A stretch of 64,000 nt of DNA from an uncultured Erysipelotrichaceae bacterium (GCA_900314905.1 OMXA01000004.1:16316-80315); one strand, 5' to 3'; positions 9,606 to 18,452 are shown, numbered from the stretch's first letter. Notes: generated by a model not told the origin, from the sequence alone. Numbers and translations are program-made.

Positions 9606-10734
9606 GCGCGCGCTCCCGGATCTTTTCCATCAGATCTTCGCCGCCAGAGAATACCTGATCGATCACCCCGCCGCCGATGACCCGGCTGCCATCATAGAAG
9701 ACCGCTTCCTGGCCCGGCGTCATGGAACGGATCCGCTGCGGGTAGGTCACTTTCAGCGTCGTGTCATCCAGGCGTTCGATCCGGCATGCCTGATCCGGCT
9801 GCCGGTAGCGGAACTTGCCATGGCAGTCAGATGGAACGGAAAAATCCATGAGCCAGTTCATGTTCTTCACGATGCACGAATCGCTGTAAAGCCATTCCGG
9901 ATGTGCTTCATCGGTCACATACAGCTCGTTGGCAAAGATATCTTTGCCGACGACGTAATACGGCCCGGTGCCGCCGATATCAAGTCCTTTTCTCTGCCCG
10001 ATCGTGTAGTAGAGAACGCCTTTATGCGTGCCGACGGTTTTTCTGTCAGCGATATCAATGATCTTTCCTGGTTTCATCGGAAGATAGTTGCTCAGAAATT
10101 CCCGGAACTTCCGCTCCCCGATGAAGCAGATGCCGGTGCTGTCCTTTTTCTCAGCAACGCTGAGCCCGAGATCCTGTGCAATTCTGCGTACTTCCGGCTT
10201 CTCAATGGATCCAAGCGGGAACTGCACATGGTCAAGCACGTCCCTGTGAATCTGGCAGAGGAAGTAGGACTGGTCCTTGTTGAGATCCTCCGCCTTCTCA
10301 AGGACATGAACCCCCCTGAAGGTACCGAGCTTTGCATAATGGCCGGTTGCGACGACATCAAAACCATGTTCTTTCCCGAACTTCATGAAGCTGTCGAATT
10401 TGATATAGCGATTGCAGAGAATGTCCGGATTCGGCGTTCTTCCCTTGCGGTATTCGGACAGGAACGTTGCAAATACGTCATTCCAGTATTCCTGGATGAA
10501 ATCCACTCTCAGCAGCGGCAGACCGAGCTTTTCCGCTACGGACTGCGCATCAGAATAATCCGCTTCCTGGGTGCAGACCGGATCATTCAGCGTCGGGTTT
10601 CCCTGGATATCATCATTGGTCAGAGAATCCCAGTTGCGCATGAACGCACAGGTAACCTCATATCCCTGCTGCTTCAGAAGATAAGCGGCGACTGCAGAGT
10701 CGACGCCGCCTGATAAACCAACCATCACTTTCAT
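9598..10734 (-). CDS. mnmA: tRNA 2-thiouridine(34) synthase
   Basis: Motifs VGLSGGVDSAV, TPNPDILCN, ATGHYA, KDQSYFL, KKDSTGICFIG and PGQEAVFY. Start at MKVMV. Confidence 0.97.
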   Translation of the reverse strand: MKVMVGLSGGVDSAVAAYLLKQQGYEVTCAFMRNWDSLTNDDIQGNPTLNDPVCTQEADYSDAQSVAEKLGLPLLRVDFIQEYWNDVFATFLSEYRKGRTPNPDILCNRYIKFDSFMKFGKEHGFDVVATGHYAKLGTFRGVHVLEKAEDLNKDQSYFLCQIHRDVLDHVQFPLGSIEKPEVRRIAQDLGLSVAEKKDSTGICFIGERKFREFLSNYLPMKPGKIIDIADRKTVGTHKGVLYYTIGQRKGLDIGGTGPYYVVGKDIFANELYVTDEAHPEWLYSDSCIVKNMNWLMDFSVPSDCHGKFRYRQPDQACRIERLDDTTLKVTYPQRIRSMTPGQEAVFYDGSRVIGGGVIDQVFSGGEDLMEKIRERAHG

Positions 10735-10764
10735 AACGCAATCAGTATAAAACAAAACTGAGGC

Positions 10765-11232
10765 TTATGCCTCAGCCTTTGCTGCGGATCCTGCCTTCTG
10801 CAGGACAGTTTCTCTGACATGTCCGCACCCATCGAAATGAATGCAGTCCCTGGAACACGGAGTATCCGCAATCCTTCTCAGCTCTTCCGGAATGAATACC
10901 CCGATCTCCTCGGAATCATATCCTACCTGGAAGCTCCTTTCATTCAGGATGATCGGGCGCTTCAGAACACTCGGATTCTTCTTGATGAATTCAATCAGCT
11001 CATCTGTCGTCATCGAATCGATATCGATATGATTCTCCTGGATGACTTTGGACCGCTTGGAGACGATATCATCTGTACCGTTCTCACTGCGCATCAGCAG
11101 ATGCTTGATCTCATTGTCATTCAGAAGAGTCTTGAAGATATTTTTCTCAATGAACGGAAGGTTCCGGTCTTTGAGCCATTGTTTCACTTTTCTGCAGCTG
11201 GAGCATCCAGGTGAAGTATATACCACTATCAT
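10765..11232 (-). CDS. spx: Spx/MgsR family RNA polymerase-binding regulator
   Basis: N-terminal YTSPGCSSCRK redox motif, conserved Gly in SENG, and KRPII. Has an extra Cys-containing C-terminal tail. Confidence 0.9.
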   Translation of the reverse strand: MIVVYTSPGCSSCRKVKQWLKDRNLPFIEKNIFKTLLNDNEIKHLLMRSENGTDDIVSKRSKVIQENHIDIDSMTTDELIEFIKKNPSVLKRPIILNERSFQVGYDSEEIGVFIPEELRRIADTPCSRDCIHFDGCGHVRETVLQKAGSAAKAEA

Positions 11233-11304
11233 TCCATTGCCTCCTTTTATGCGTCAGTATAGCATTTCTTTCTTCAGTTTTGATGTGCAAACCGGCAGTT
11301 CTGT

Positions 11305-12675
11305 CTAAACTGGAATATGAAGCACCGCCGTGGAGATTGAAAAGTAGACCAGCAGCGAAATCGCATCGATGATCGTCGTCAGCATCGGCGAAGCAACCAC
11401 CGCCGGATCCAGACCGAGCCTTGAGACGACCAGCACAAGCGTCGCAGCGATGCACTTGGAGAAGAACACCGCACAGATAATCGTCATGCAGACGGCAAAT
11501 GCCACTGCACTGCTGACTCCGTCCAGGAGCATGCATTTGGCAAAGTTTGCTGCGGCAAGCGTGATTCCGCAGAGCAATGCCACCCGCATCTCCTTGAAGA
11601 CGACTTTCCAGTAATCGCTGAAATGCACTTCATCCAGCGACAATGCACGAACGACTTCCACCGAAGCCTGGGAACCTGCATTTCCGCCGGTATCCATCAG
11701 CATCGGAATATAGGACGACAGCACGATATGAGCACTCAATGCAGTCTCGAAGCTCGTGATGATCTTGCCGGTGAAGGTCGCAGAAATCATCAGCAGCATC
11801 AGCCAGGGAACCCGTTTCTTCCACGTTTCGAACACCCCGGTCTTCAGATACGGCTTCTCTGTGTCGCTCGGGACGATGCCGGCCATCTTCTCGAGGTCTT
11901 CGGTCGTCTCCTCTTCCATGATGTCCATGACATCATCGACCGTGATGATGCCGACCATCCGGTTCTCCCGATCCACGACCGGCATCGAAGTCAGATCATA
12001 CTTCTTGAACTGCCGGGCAACTTTCTCCTGGTCAGTATTCGTATTGACGGAAATGACATCCTCTTCCATGATGTCTTCAATCGGCTGCTCTGGCTTTGCC
12101 AGAACCAGCGACCGCAGGGACACCATACCCAGAAGCAGACGCTTTTCGTTGAGCACATAGCACGTATTGACCGTCTCGGAGTCCATCCCGATCGAACGGA
12201 TCCGGTCCAGTGCCTGCGCAACATCCATCGAAAGCTTCAGATCCACGAATTCGACCGTCATCACCGATCCGGCAGAATCATCCGGATACTGAAGCAGATG
12301 ATTGATGTCATTCCGGGTTTCCGGCTTGGCATTGGCAAGCAGCTTCTTCACGACACTGGCGGGCATCTCCTCCAATAGATCTGCCGCATCATCGGCATAC
12401 AGGTTATCGATGATGGTTCCTGCTTCCTTCTCGGAAAGCGAGGTGATGATATACTGCTGACTGTCCTGCTCAAGCAGGGAAAAGACATCTGCAGCGAGTT
12501 CTTTGGGAAACAGACGGAACATCTTCAGCATGTCTTCGTCTTCCATCTGCTCCAGCATCGCTGCCAGGTCTGCTTCATTCATATCCTGCGCCCGCCCGCG
12601 CAGAGCTGCATACTGCTTGTTTTTCAGAAGTGAACGGAACAGTTCAAGTTCCTTTTTCTCTTCCAGTTCATCCAT
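11305..12675 (-). CDS. mgtE: Magnesium transporter MgtE
   Basis: MgtE_N plus CBS pair (DSAGSVMTVEFV, GIITVDDVMD) and TM motifs MDTGGNAGSQ, DPAVVASPMLTTIID. Confidence 0.97.
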   Translation of the reverse strand: MDELEEKKELELFRSLLKNKQYAALRGRAQDMNEADLAAMLEQMEDEDMLKMFRLFPKELAADVFSLLEQDSQQYIITSLSEKEAGTIIDNLYADDAADLLEEMPASVVKKLLANAKPETRNDINHLLQYPDDSAGSVMTVEFVDLKLSMDVAQALDRIRSIGMDSETVNTCYVLNEKRLLLGMVSLRSLVLAKPEQPIEDIMEEDVISVNTNTDQEKVARQFKKYDLTSMPVVDRENRMVGIITVDDVMDIMEEETTEDLEKMAGIVPSDTEKPYLKTGVFETWKKRVPWLMLLMISATFTGKIITSFETALSAHIVLSSYIPMLMDTGGNAGSQASVEVVRALSLDEVHFSDYWKVVFKEMRVALLCGITLAAANFAKCMLLDGVSSAVAFAVCMTIICAVFFSKCIAATLVLVVSRLGLDPAVVASPMLTTIIDAISLLVYFSISTAVLHIPV

Positions 12676-12743
12676 GGCATATTTCCTCCAGACTGTGGTT
12701 TCATGAACGTTCGCAACGGAATCGGACTAGGATCTGTACTCAT
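12624..12743 (-). CDS. Putative proline-rich leader peptide (uORF) overlapping the mgtE start
   Basis: SD GGGAGGTGG precedes ATG 12743. Translation is MSTDPSPIPLRTFMKPQSGGNMPWMNWKRKRNLNCSVHF* (39 aa), out of frame with mgtE. The N-terminus resembles enterobacterial MgtL (MEPDPTPLP...). Confidence 0.6.
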   Translation of the reverse strand: MSTDPSPIPLRTFMKPQSGGNMPWMNWKRKRNLNCSVHF

Positions 12744-12774
12744 GAAAACCACCTCCCTTCGGATGCCTTCTTAA

Positions 12775-12804
12775 ATTTTAATTTTTCCGGTATCGGGAAG
12801 TCAA
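12775..12804 (-). promoter_or_regulatory. SigA-type promoter of the mgtE leader
   Basis: TTGACT (12804-12799)-18 bp-TAAAAT (12780-12775). Confidence 0.6.
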
Positions 12805-12809
12805 CACAG

Positions 12810-12833
12810 AAAAAAAGGGGGCTCCCCTTTTCT
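12810..12833 (-). terminator. Terminator after the YitT-family gene
   Basis: AAAAGGGG-agc-CCCCTTTT followed by a T run, directly after the stop codon. Confidence 0.65.
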
Positions 12834-13718
12834 TCACTCCAATGGTTTCTGATAGTAATTGCCGATGATCTTCTCGACGGAATACATCGTGATGAACGCA
12901 TGCGGATCGGCCGTATGGATCATCTCGATGACCTGCTTGACCTGATAGGTATTCAGCGTGATCAGAAGGAGCCAGTGCGGCTTATCCGTGAATCCGCCTT
13001 CACATGGAATCTTCGTGATGCCATGGCGGCAGGTATGGAATACTGCAGAGCATACCTCATCCGGCATATTCGTCACAACTTTAAGCTCCGTGGAACGATA
13101 GCGCTGATGCATCGTATTGACCATCTGCGTCGAGACGAACTGGAAGATGATCGAATACAGCGCCCGATTCCAGCCGAAGAGGTATCCCGCAATTGCGAGA
13201 ACTGCCGCATTGCCCACCAAAATATAGTTCCATGTAGGCTGGTTGAGCTTCTGCGACAAGAAGATCGCAATGAAGTCTGTTCCGCCGGAACTGGCATTAT
13301 TCCTTAATGCGATGCCGATCGCAAACCCGTTGATGACGCCCCCGAACACGGAGATGAGCATCGGTTCGCTCGTGATCTCCATCGCCGGGAAAATGCCAGT
13401 GAACAAAGAGGTCAGAGAGAACCAGATCAGCGACAGCAGCACGAACTTATGACCGATCCGTTTCCAGACGAATACCGTCGTGACAATATTCAATAGAAAA
13501 TAGATCGGAGAGAACGAGATATGAAACCTGGTGTAGTTGATCAGAACCTGCGAGATCAGCCGGGCAATGCCGGCATAGCCGCTCGGAAACAGGTTCCCGG
13601 ATTTCACGAACGTATTCATGCCGAAGGAATAGATTGCCGAAGAAAGCACCACCATCACGATATAAAGAAGATCTTTCTTCCCGAAACTTTCAATTACCGA
13701 CTGCTTGGAATCACTCAT
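12834..13718 (-). CDS. YitT family membrane protein (DUF161 + DUF2179)
   Basis: Motifs GNLFPSGYAGIA, NNASSGGTDFIA and a C-terminal HGITKI...DPHAFI segment. Confidence 0.9.
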   Translation of the reverse strand: MSDSKQSVIESFGKKDLLYIVMVVLSSAIYSFGMNTFVKSGNLFPSGYAGIARLISQVLINYTRFHISFSPIYFLLNIVTTVFVWKRIGHKFVLLSLIWFSLTSLFTGIFPAMEITSEPMLISVFGGVINGFAIGIALRNNASSGGTDFIAIFLSQKLNQPTWNYILVGNAAVLAIAGYLFGWNRALYSIIFQFVSTQMVNTMHQRYRSTELKVVTNMPDEVCSAVFHTCRHGITKIPCEGGFTDKPHWLLLITLNTYQVKQVIEMIHTADPHAFITMYSVEKIIGNYYQKPLE

Positions 13719-13729
13719 ATCGTATTACT

Positions 13730-14173
13730 TCAGGCAGCCTGATCTGCTGCCAGAACCCCTTTCAGAAATTGTCTGCATCGCTTCATCTGCAGCCGCAGAA
13801 CCTTCGGACTGACTTCTGCATCGATTGCAGTTCCATCCGTAAACAGGATCCTCATATGCCAGCGATCCAGGGAACGGACTTTCAGTATCTCCTCGTAGGA
13901 AATCCAGAGACAGTCCGGATTACGTTCGGGAGAAAGCATAGGCATCAGCAGAACTACCGGATTTACCGAGACCAGTACCGGAATCTTCTGCTTTGCTCCG
14001 GTATAGTACCGGAAGGATTCCCTCCGCCCTTCCAGAGAAGAACCGCACATAAGACACCAGTCTGCAATCAGTGAACAGGAAGACTGTTCATGGAATTCCT
14101 CAGACCCGCCATGATACAGAACTCTGGTTTTCTGTGTGTCTGGATCGAACTGAACCGTCAGAACCCGTCTCAA
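13730..14173 (-). CDS. ComK family protein (competence transcription factor-like)
   Basis: Motifs CLMCGSSLEGRRES, KQKIPVL and PMLSPERNPDCLWISY match the ComK family pattern. TTG start with SD GAGGGGAG. Confidence 0.72.
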   Translation of the reverse strand: MRRVLTVQFDPDTQKTRVLYHGGSEEFHEQSSCSLIADWCLMCGSSLEGRRESFRYYTGAKQKIPVLVSVNPVVLLMPMLSPERNPDCLWISYEEILKVRSLDRWHMRILFTDGTAIDAEVSPKVLRLQMKRCRQFLKGVLAADQAA

Positions 14174-14185
14174 GCAGAAGCTCCC

Positions 14186-14386
14186 TCAGTCCTCATAGTA
14201 AGGACCCTTCTCTTCTTCATCGCTGTCATCATCCGCATCTTCATAATACTGGTAATAACGTGCCTCCATGCGGCGGATCCTCGCTTCCCGGTGCTTGACG
14301 GATGCTGCATAAAGCTCATAGAACCCGAAGATCACCAGCGCTGCAAGGACAGCCACCGAAAGAAAATCACTCACATTTTCAATCAT
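14186..14386 (-). CDS. Small single-pass membrane protein with acidic tail, function unknown
   Basis: 66 aa: hydrophobic N-terminal helix, then HREARIRRMEAR and EDADDDSDEEE. Fills the gap between trmL and the comK-like gene. Confidence 0.65.
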   Translation of the reverse strand: MIENVSDFLSVAVLAALVIFGFYELYAASVKHREARIRRMEARYYQYYEDADDDSDEEEKGPYYED

Positions 14387-14395
14387 ACGAGCACA

Positions 14396-14911
14396 TTATA
14401 GCACGGCAGAATGCAGCAGAAAGTCACTGCCCTTCTGGACTTCTTCTCTCGAAAGTCCGGGAAAGCCTAGCTGGCGTTCCACCTCATACATGCAGATGGC
14501 AGCAGTATTCGAAACGTTCAGGCATCTGGCCTCCGCTTTCATCGGAATCCGCATGCATCGATCCAGATGATCTCTGAGAATCTCCTTGTCAATGCCGGTG
14601 CTCTCTTTCCCGAAGACCAGATACAGGTCCTTTTCCGCAGGATAAGAGAAAGAATCCGGAGTTTTCGTTCCATAGCGGGTTGTGAAGTAATATTCGCCCG
14701 CATTGCTTTCATAGAACGTTTTCCAGTCCGGCCAGACGTGATATTCCATTTTTGAGATATAATCCATGCCTGCCCGCTTCAGATGCGCCTCATCCAGATA
14801 GAAGCCAAGCGGCTCAATCAGATGCAGCACCCAGCCGAAAGCTGCGCAGGTCCGCATGATATTGCCGGTATTCTGCGGAATCTCAGGTTCAAACAGGACT
14901 GCGTTTCTCAT
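14396..14911 (-). CDS. trmL: tRNA (cytidine(34)-2'-O)-methyltransferase (SpoU family)
   Basis: Motifs LFEPEIPQNTGNIMRTC, KRAGMDY, LVFGKESTG and RIPMKAEARCLNVSN. Confidence 0.93.
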   Translation of the reverse strand: MRNAVLFEPEIPQNTGNIMRTCAAFGWVLHLIEPLGFYLDEAHLKRAGMDYISKMEYHVWPDWKTFYESNAGEYYFTTRYGTKTPDSFSYPAEKDLYLVFGKESTGIDKEILRDHLDRCMRIPMKAEARCLNVSNTAAICMYEVERQLGFPGLSREEVQKGSDFLLHSAVL

Positions 14912-15594
14912 GTCTTCTCCCCCTTTCTGACCCGGTAAATCAGAACCCAGGATACACCCAGAATCAATAAAAACAAGAAGATGATGCGGAACACAAGATC
15001 ACGGAAGAAATTCTCAGGATACAGGTTGACCATGATGCTGACATTCGGATCCAGCAGCCAGAAATCATTGTCAAAGAAAAACTCATGGAAAGAAGTCCAG
15101 AACGAGGTGAAGTCTGCGGCCCCATACAGGCCGATTGCACCGACCAGCATCAGCACGAGCAATGCTCCGTTCTGAAACCCGAGCCGAAGCAGCCTCAGGA
15201 GGCTGATCCGCCTCCGATTCGCAGAATACAGGCAGGCAAGGATTCCGGCTCCGGCAATCACGATCCCATTCCGAAAAGCGATCGCATGACGGTAAAGCGT
15301 CCGGACATCTTTCATATGAATGGTTTCCCGTTCATCATAGACTTCCCGCATCGTGCCATTCACTTCAGCTTCAAAGACAATATCATCCCGCTTTCCGCGC
15401 AGATAGTCGAGCAGCACATCGGAAGCCGCAAGATTATCCTCAGCGCTCATGCCGGTCAGAGAACTGGTCTCGTTGTCATGGAATTCCTTCACGTAAAACG
15501 AATGATCAAAGCTGCAGACATCGATCAGGGTGATCAGAAGCCCGAGAACCAGACAGAAACATGCAAGAGAAGATGCAGACTTAGTGATCTTCAT
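14908..15594 (-). CDS. TIGR01906/DUF1461 family membrane protein
   Basis: Motifs ERETIHMKDVRTL, FTSFWTSFHEFFFDNDFWLLDP and MVNLYPENFF; several TM helices. Start position uncertain (15594 or 15609). Confidence 0.85.
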   Translation of the reverse strand: MKITKSASSLACFCLVLGLLITLIDVCSFDHSFYVKEFHDNETSSLTGMSAEDNLAASDVLLDYLRGKRDDIVFEAEVNGTMREVYDERETIHMKDVRTLYRHAIAFRNGIVIAGAGILACLYSANRRRISLLRLLRLGFQNGALLVLMLVGAIGLYGAADFTSFWTSFHEFFFDNDFWLLDPNVSIMVNLYPENFFRDLVFRIIFLFLLILGVSWVLIYRVRKGEKT

Positions 15595-16174
15595 GAAGCC
15601 ATTTCTCAAGTTTGCGCAATGCCTTTCCCCGATGGGAGATCGAATTCTTCTCTTCCTTTGTCATCTCCGCCATGGTCTTCTTCAGAGGAGGATAATAGAA
15701 GATCGGATCATAGCCGAAGCCATTGTCGCCTTTCGGCGCTTCCGCAATTTCTCCCTCTACCGTATCCTCGAAAACCTCAGGTTCCTGACCAGGTCTTGTG
15801 ATCGCAATGGCACACACATACCGGCATCTTCTGTCAGCAGCACCTTTCAGATTCTCGAGAACAACCTGATTCTTATAGGAGTATGGCGTATCATGACCAA
15901 GCCATCTTGCGCTATGGACGCCTGGCTCATCATTCATGGCCCTGATCTGGATCCCGGAATCATCTGCAATCGCTTCAATTCCGAACTGATCCGTCACAGC
16001 CTTTGCCTTGATGATCGCATTCTCCGCAAACGTGGTTCCCGTTTCTTCCGGCTCAATATATCCCGAAAGATCCTGAATGCACTTCACGGTATACCCTTCC
16101 GGTTCCAGCATCTGTCTGAATTCCCGGATCTTCCCCTCATTTCCAGAGGCTACTACAATTACTTTCTCACTCAT
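15581..16174 (-). CDS. rdgB: Non-canonical purine NTP pyrophosphatase (RdgB/HAM1)
   Basis: Motifs ASGNEGKIRE, ETGTTFAENA, ADDSG, PGVHSAR, GFGYDPIF and KNSISHRGKA. Confidence 0.96.
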   Translation of the reverse strand: MSEKVIVVASGNEGKIREFRQMLEPEGYTVKCIQDLSGYIEPEETGTTFAENAIIKAKAVTDQFGIEAIADDSGIQIRAMNDEPGVHSARWLGHDTPYSYKNQVVLENLKGAADRRCRYVCAIAITRPGQEPEVFEDTVEGEIAEAPKGDNGFGYDPIFYYPPLKKTMAEMTKEEKNSISHRGKALRKLEKWLHEDH

Positions 16175-17165
16175 ATTCTGATTTCTCCCTCATATAGATT
16201 TCAAATGATTCCCGGCGATATTCTTCCAGCGCCTGACGGAACGATTCTTCTTTCCTGGAAAGTCTGATCCCATTGATCAGCGGATCGATCATCCGCTTCT
16301 TGCAGGACACTTTCAGCCATCCTTCTGCTTCTGTTCCATGATCCGAGAATTCGAGTTCATGGAGGGCGGTAAACGCTTCCCATTCCCGCTTCAGACCGCC
16401 CTGCTTCAGCTTCGCAATCACTTCCGGCTCAGCAGTCATGAAATCTTTCCGGGTCAGAACTCCTTCCTGAAGCGCATGCTTCAGAAGCCTGGCAAGACGT
16501 TCCATGCCATAACGGTCTTCCGGCGCACTGTAGACTCGAGAGCACTTCAGCGCAAGCATTCCGAATTGCAGACATCGTTCTTCTGTCCTGAACCCGTATT
16601 CCGGATTTCCGCGTTCGTCCTGCTGAATGGAAAGATCTTCCAGGAACTTTCCAGCCAGTTCCTCCTCTGCAAACTGATAATGGATCATGTTGCCGAGCGT
16701 GTATTCGAGCCGATCAGCATTCAGCTGCATGGAAGGATTATCGGCCAGCGGGTACTGGTGATAATCTTCGACGGCAGAGACCGGAATGCTCTCCTCTTCC
16801 AGAATCGCACAGAGCTCTCTGCTGTGTTCGATCAGACTTCCGGTCAGAGCTTCTGTCGATTCCTGAGTCTCATAATCCCCATTCAGAAAATCAATCACAT
16901 GCGAGAAGACTGGTGAAGCTATGTCATGAAATAAGCCTGCGTAGGAGAGCGTGAGATCGTGAGCAGTCTTCCAGAGAATCCAGGCAGTCCCGATCGAATG
17001 CTCCAGACGCGAATAAGGGGGAATGTGAGCAAACAGTGGATAGGAAGTGTAATTCATGCCGCAGTTCATATCCACAGAACCGATCCGCTGCATCGCCTTA
17101 GAACAGATCGCTTTCTGAAGACCGGCAGGCAGTTCATAGAGCATGCATTCATACCGGGCATTCAT
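16167..17165 (-). CDS. HD-domain phosphohydrolase (YdhJ-like)
   Basis: Motifs SRLEHSIG, AGLFHDI, FSHVIDF and LNADRLEY. Confidence 0.85.
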   Translation of the reverse strand: MNARYECMLYELPAGLQKAICSKAMQRIGSVDMNCGMNYTSYPLFAHIPPYSRLEHSIGTAWILWKTAHDLTLSYAGLFHDIASPVFSHVIDFLNGDYETQESTEALTGSLIEHSRELCAILEEESIPVSAVEDYHQYPLADNPSMQLNADRLEYTLGNMIHYQFAEEELAGKFLEDLSIQQDERGNPEYGFRTEERCLQFGMLALKCSRVYSAPEDRYGMERLARLLKHALQEGVLTRKDFMTAEPEVIAKLKQGGLKREWEAFTALHELEFSDHGTEAEGWLKVSCKKRMIDPLINGIRLSRKEESFRQALEEYRRESFEIYMREKSEYE

Positions 17166-17869
17166 GCGATCGTGCTCCAGATCATGGCAACTGCCAGTGC
17201 CGGAAGAAGGTTTGCGACCCGGATCTTATGCCCGAACAGAAGGTTCACGCCGACACAGAAGATCAGCACGGACCCGACTGTGGAAAGAGACCGGATCATG
17301 GCTTCGCTGATTGAGGCGGCTGCAGCATGGGCAGCCAGAGTCATGATGCCTTCGAAGATCCCGACCGGCAGAGCAGAAAAGATGCATCCTCTGCCCATTG
17401 CCGCGGTCATGATCAGGATGATCATGAAATCGAGCACCGCCTTTGCGGCAAGGATTGAATAATCGCCCTGCACCCCGTCTTTAATCGAACCGACCACAGC
17501 CATTGCGCCGATGCATACGGTAAGGCTGGACGTCACAAACGCATTCACAAACGCCTGATCGTCCGCATTGCCGGTTTTCTTCTTCAGCCATTCCCCGAAT
17601 GACTGCATGCGGTCTTCCAGGTTGATCCACTCCCCGAGAATGGATCCGGCTGCCATCGAACCGATCAGCATCATGGTCCCATGCGCAGCAATCGTTCCGT
17701 TCTCGATTATCAGCAATCCTTCCAGAGAACCTGAGATTCCGAGAAACATCGTGCTGACGCCGACTGCACTGATCAGGGTCTCCTGCATGCGCTTGGGAAA
17801 ACGGGAGCCGGAAAACAATCCGATCAGTCCGCCGAGAATGATTGCTGCAACATTAATCAGGGTTCCCAT
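17162..17869 (-). CDS. DUF554 family membrane protein
   Basis: Motifs GTLINVAAIILGGLIG, CIGAMAVVGSIKDG, AKAVLD and IRVANLLPAL. Confidence 0.9.
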   Translation of the reverse strand: MGTLINVAAIILGGLIGLFSGSRFPKRMQETLISAVGVSTMFLGISGSLEGLLIIENGTIAAHGTMMLIGSMAAGSILGEWINLEDRMQSFGEWLKKKTGNADDQAFVNAFVTSSLTVCIGAMAVVGSIKDGVQGDYSILAAKAVLDFMIILIMTAAMGRGCIFSALPVGIFEGIMTLAAHAAAASISEAMIRSLSTVGSVLIFCVGVNLLFGHKIRVANLLPALAVAMIWSTIA

Positions 17870-18392
17870 TGCGGACCTCGATCTGACAGGAACGCATCGT
17901 ATCGAGGGCTTCCTGATGGCTTGCCGGAGTTACTCCGGCACAGCAGGACGCATCAACGGAAATTGCTGTCTCCGGCATATTTGCCTTCAGAAGCAATGCG
18001 TTGCTGACGACGCAGATGTCCGTGCATAGACCTACCAGCTCGATTGAGATCGGTTCTTTCTGATTCAGCTCTTTCAATTGCTCTGCCAGGATCAATGAAC
18101 CGAAGGTCGGCTTATCGATGATGATGGCATTCTTTTCCTTCAGCGCTTCTGCAACTTCCGGGACAATCTCCCAGCCTGGTGTACTGCGGATGCAGTGTGC
18201 GACCGGAAGATTTCTTCCTTCCTGAGTTTCGAGATAATCAGTTTCATGGGTATCTCTGGTTGCGTAGACCGGACCTTTCCAGTTCAGGATCTTATCTGCC
18301 ACTGCAGAGACAATGCCTTCCGCTTCTTCTGTTCCAAGCGATCCGTTCACGAAATCCACCTGCATATCGATGACTGCAAGAACCTGCTTCAT
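17853..18392 (-). CDS. Cysteine hydrolase, isochorismatase/nicotinamidase family
   Basis: Motifs VIDMQVDFVNGSLG, TRDTH, HCIRSTPGW, IDKPTFGS and GLCTDICV. Confidence 0.9.
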   Translation of the reverse strand: MKQVLAVIDMQVDFVNGSLGTEEAEGIVSAVADKILNWKGPVYATRDTHETDYLETQEGRNLPVAHCIRSTPGWEIVPEVAEALKEKNAIIIDKPTFGSLILAEQLKELNQKEPISIELVGLCTDICVVSNALLLKANMPETAISVDASCCAGVTPASHQEALDTMRSCQIEVRNGNPD

Positions 18393-18452
18393 GTCACATT
18401 TTCCTCCTGGTCATGTCTATCATTCTACTGCGATTCTGCAGGAAATTTGTAC

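Noticed and set aside
9571-10713. 380-aa + strand ORF
   Set aside because: Antisense shadow of mnmA.
12676-12800. Possible M-box (ykoK) riboswitch upstream of mgtE
   Set aside because: The predicted leader is only about 95 nt and I recognised no M-box motifs. The uORF and hairpin explain it better.
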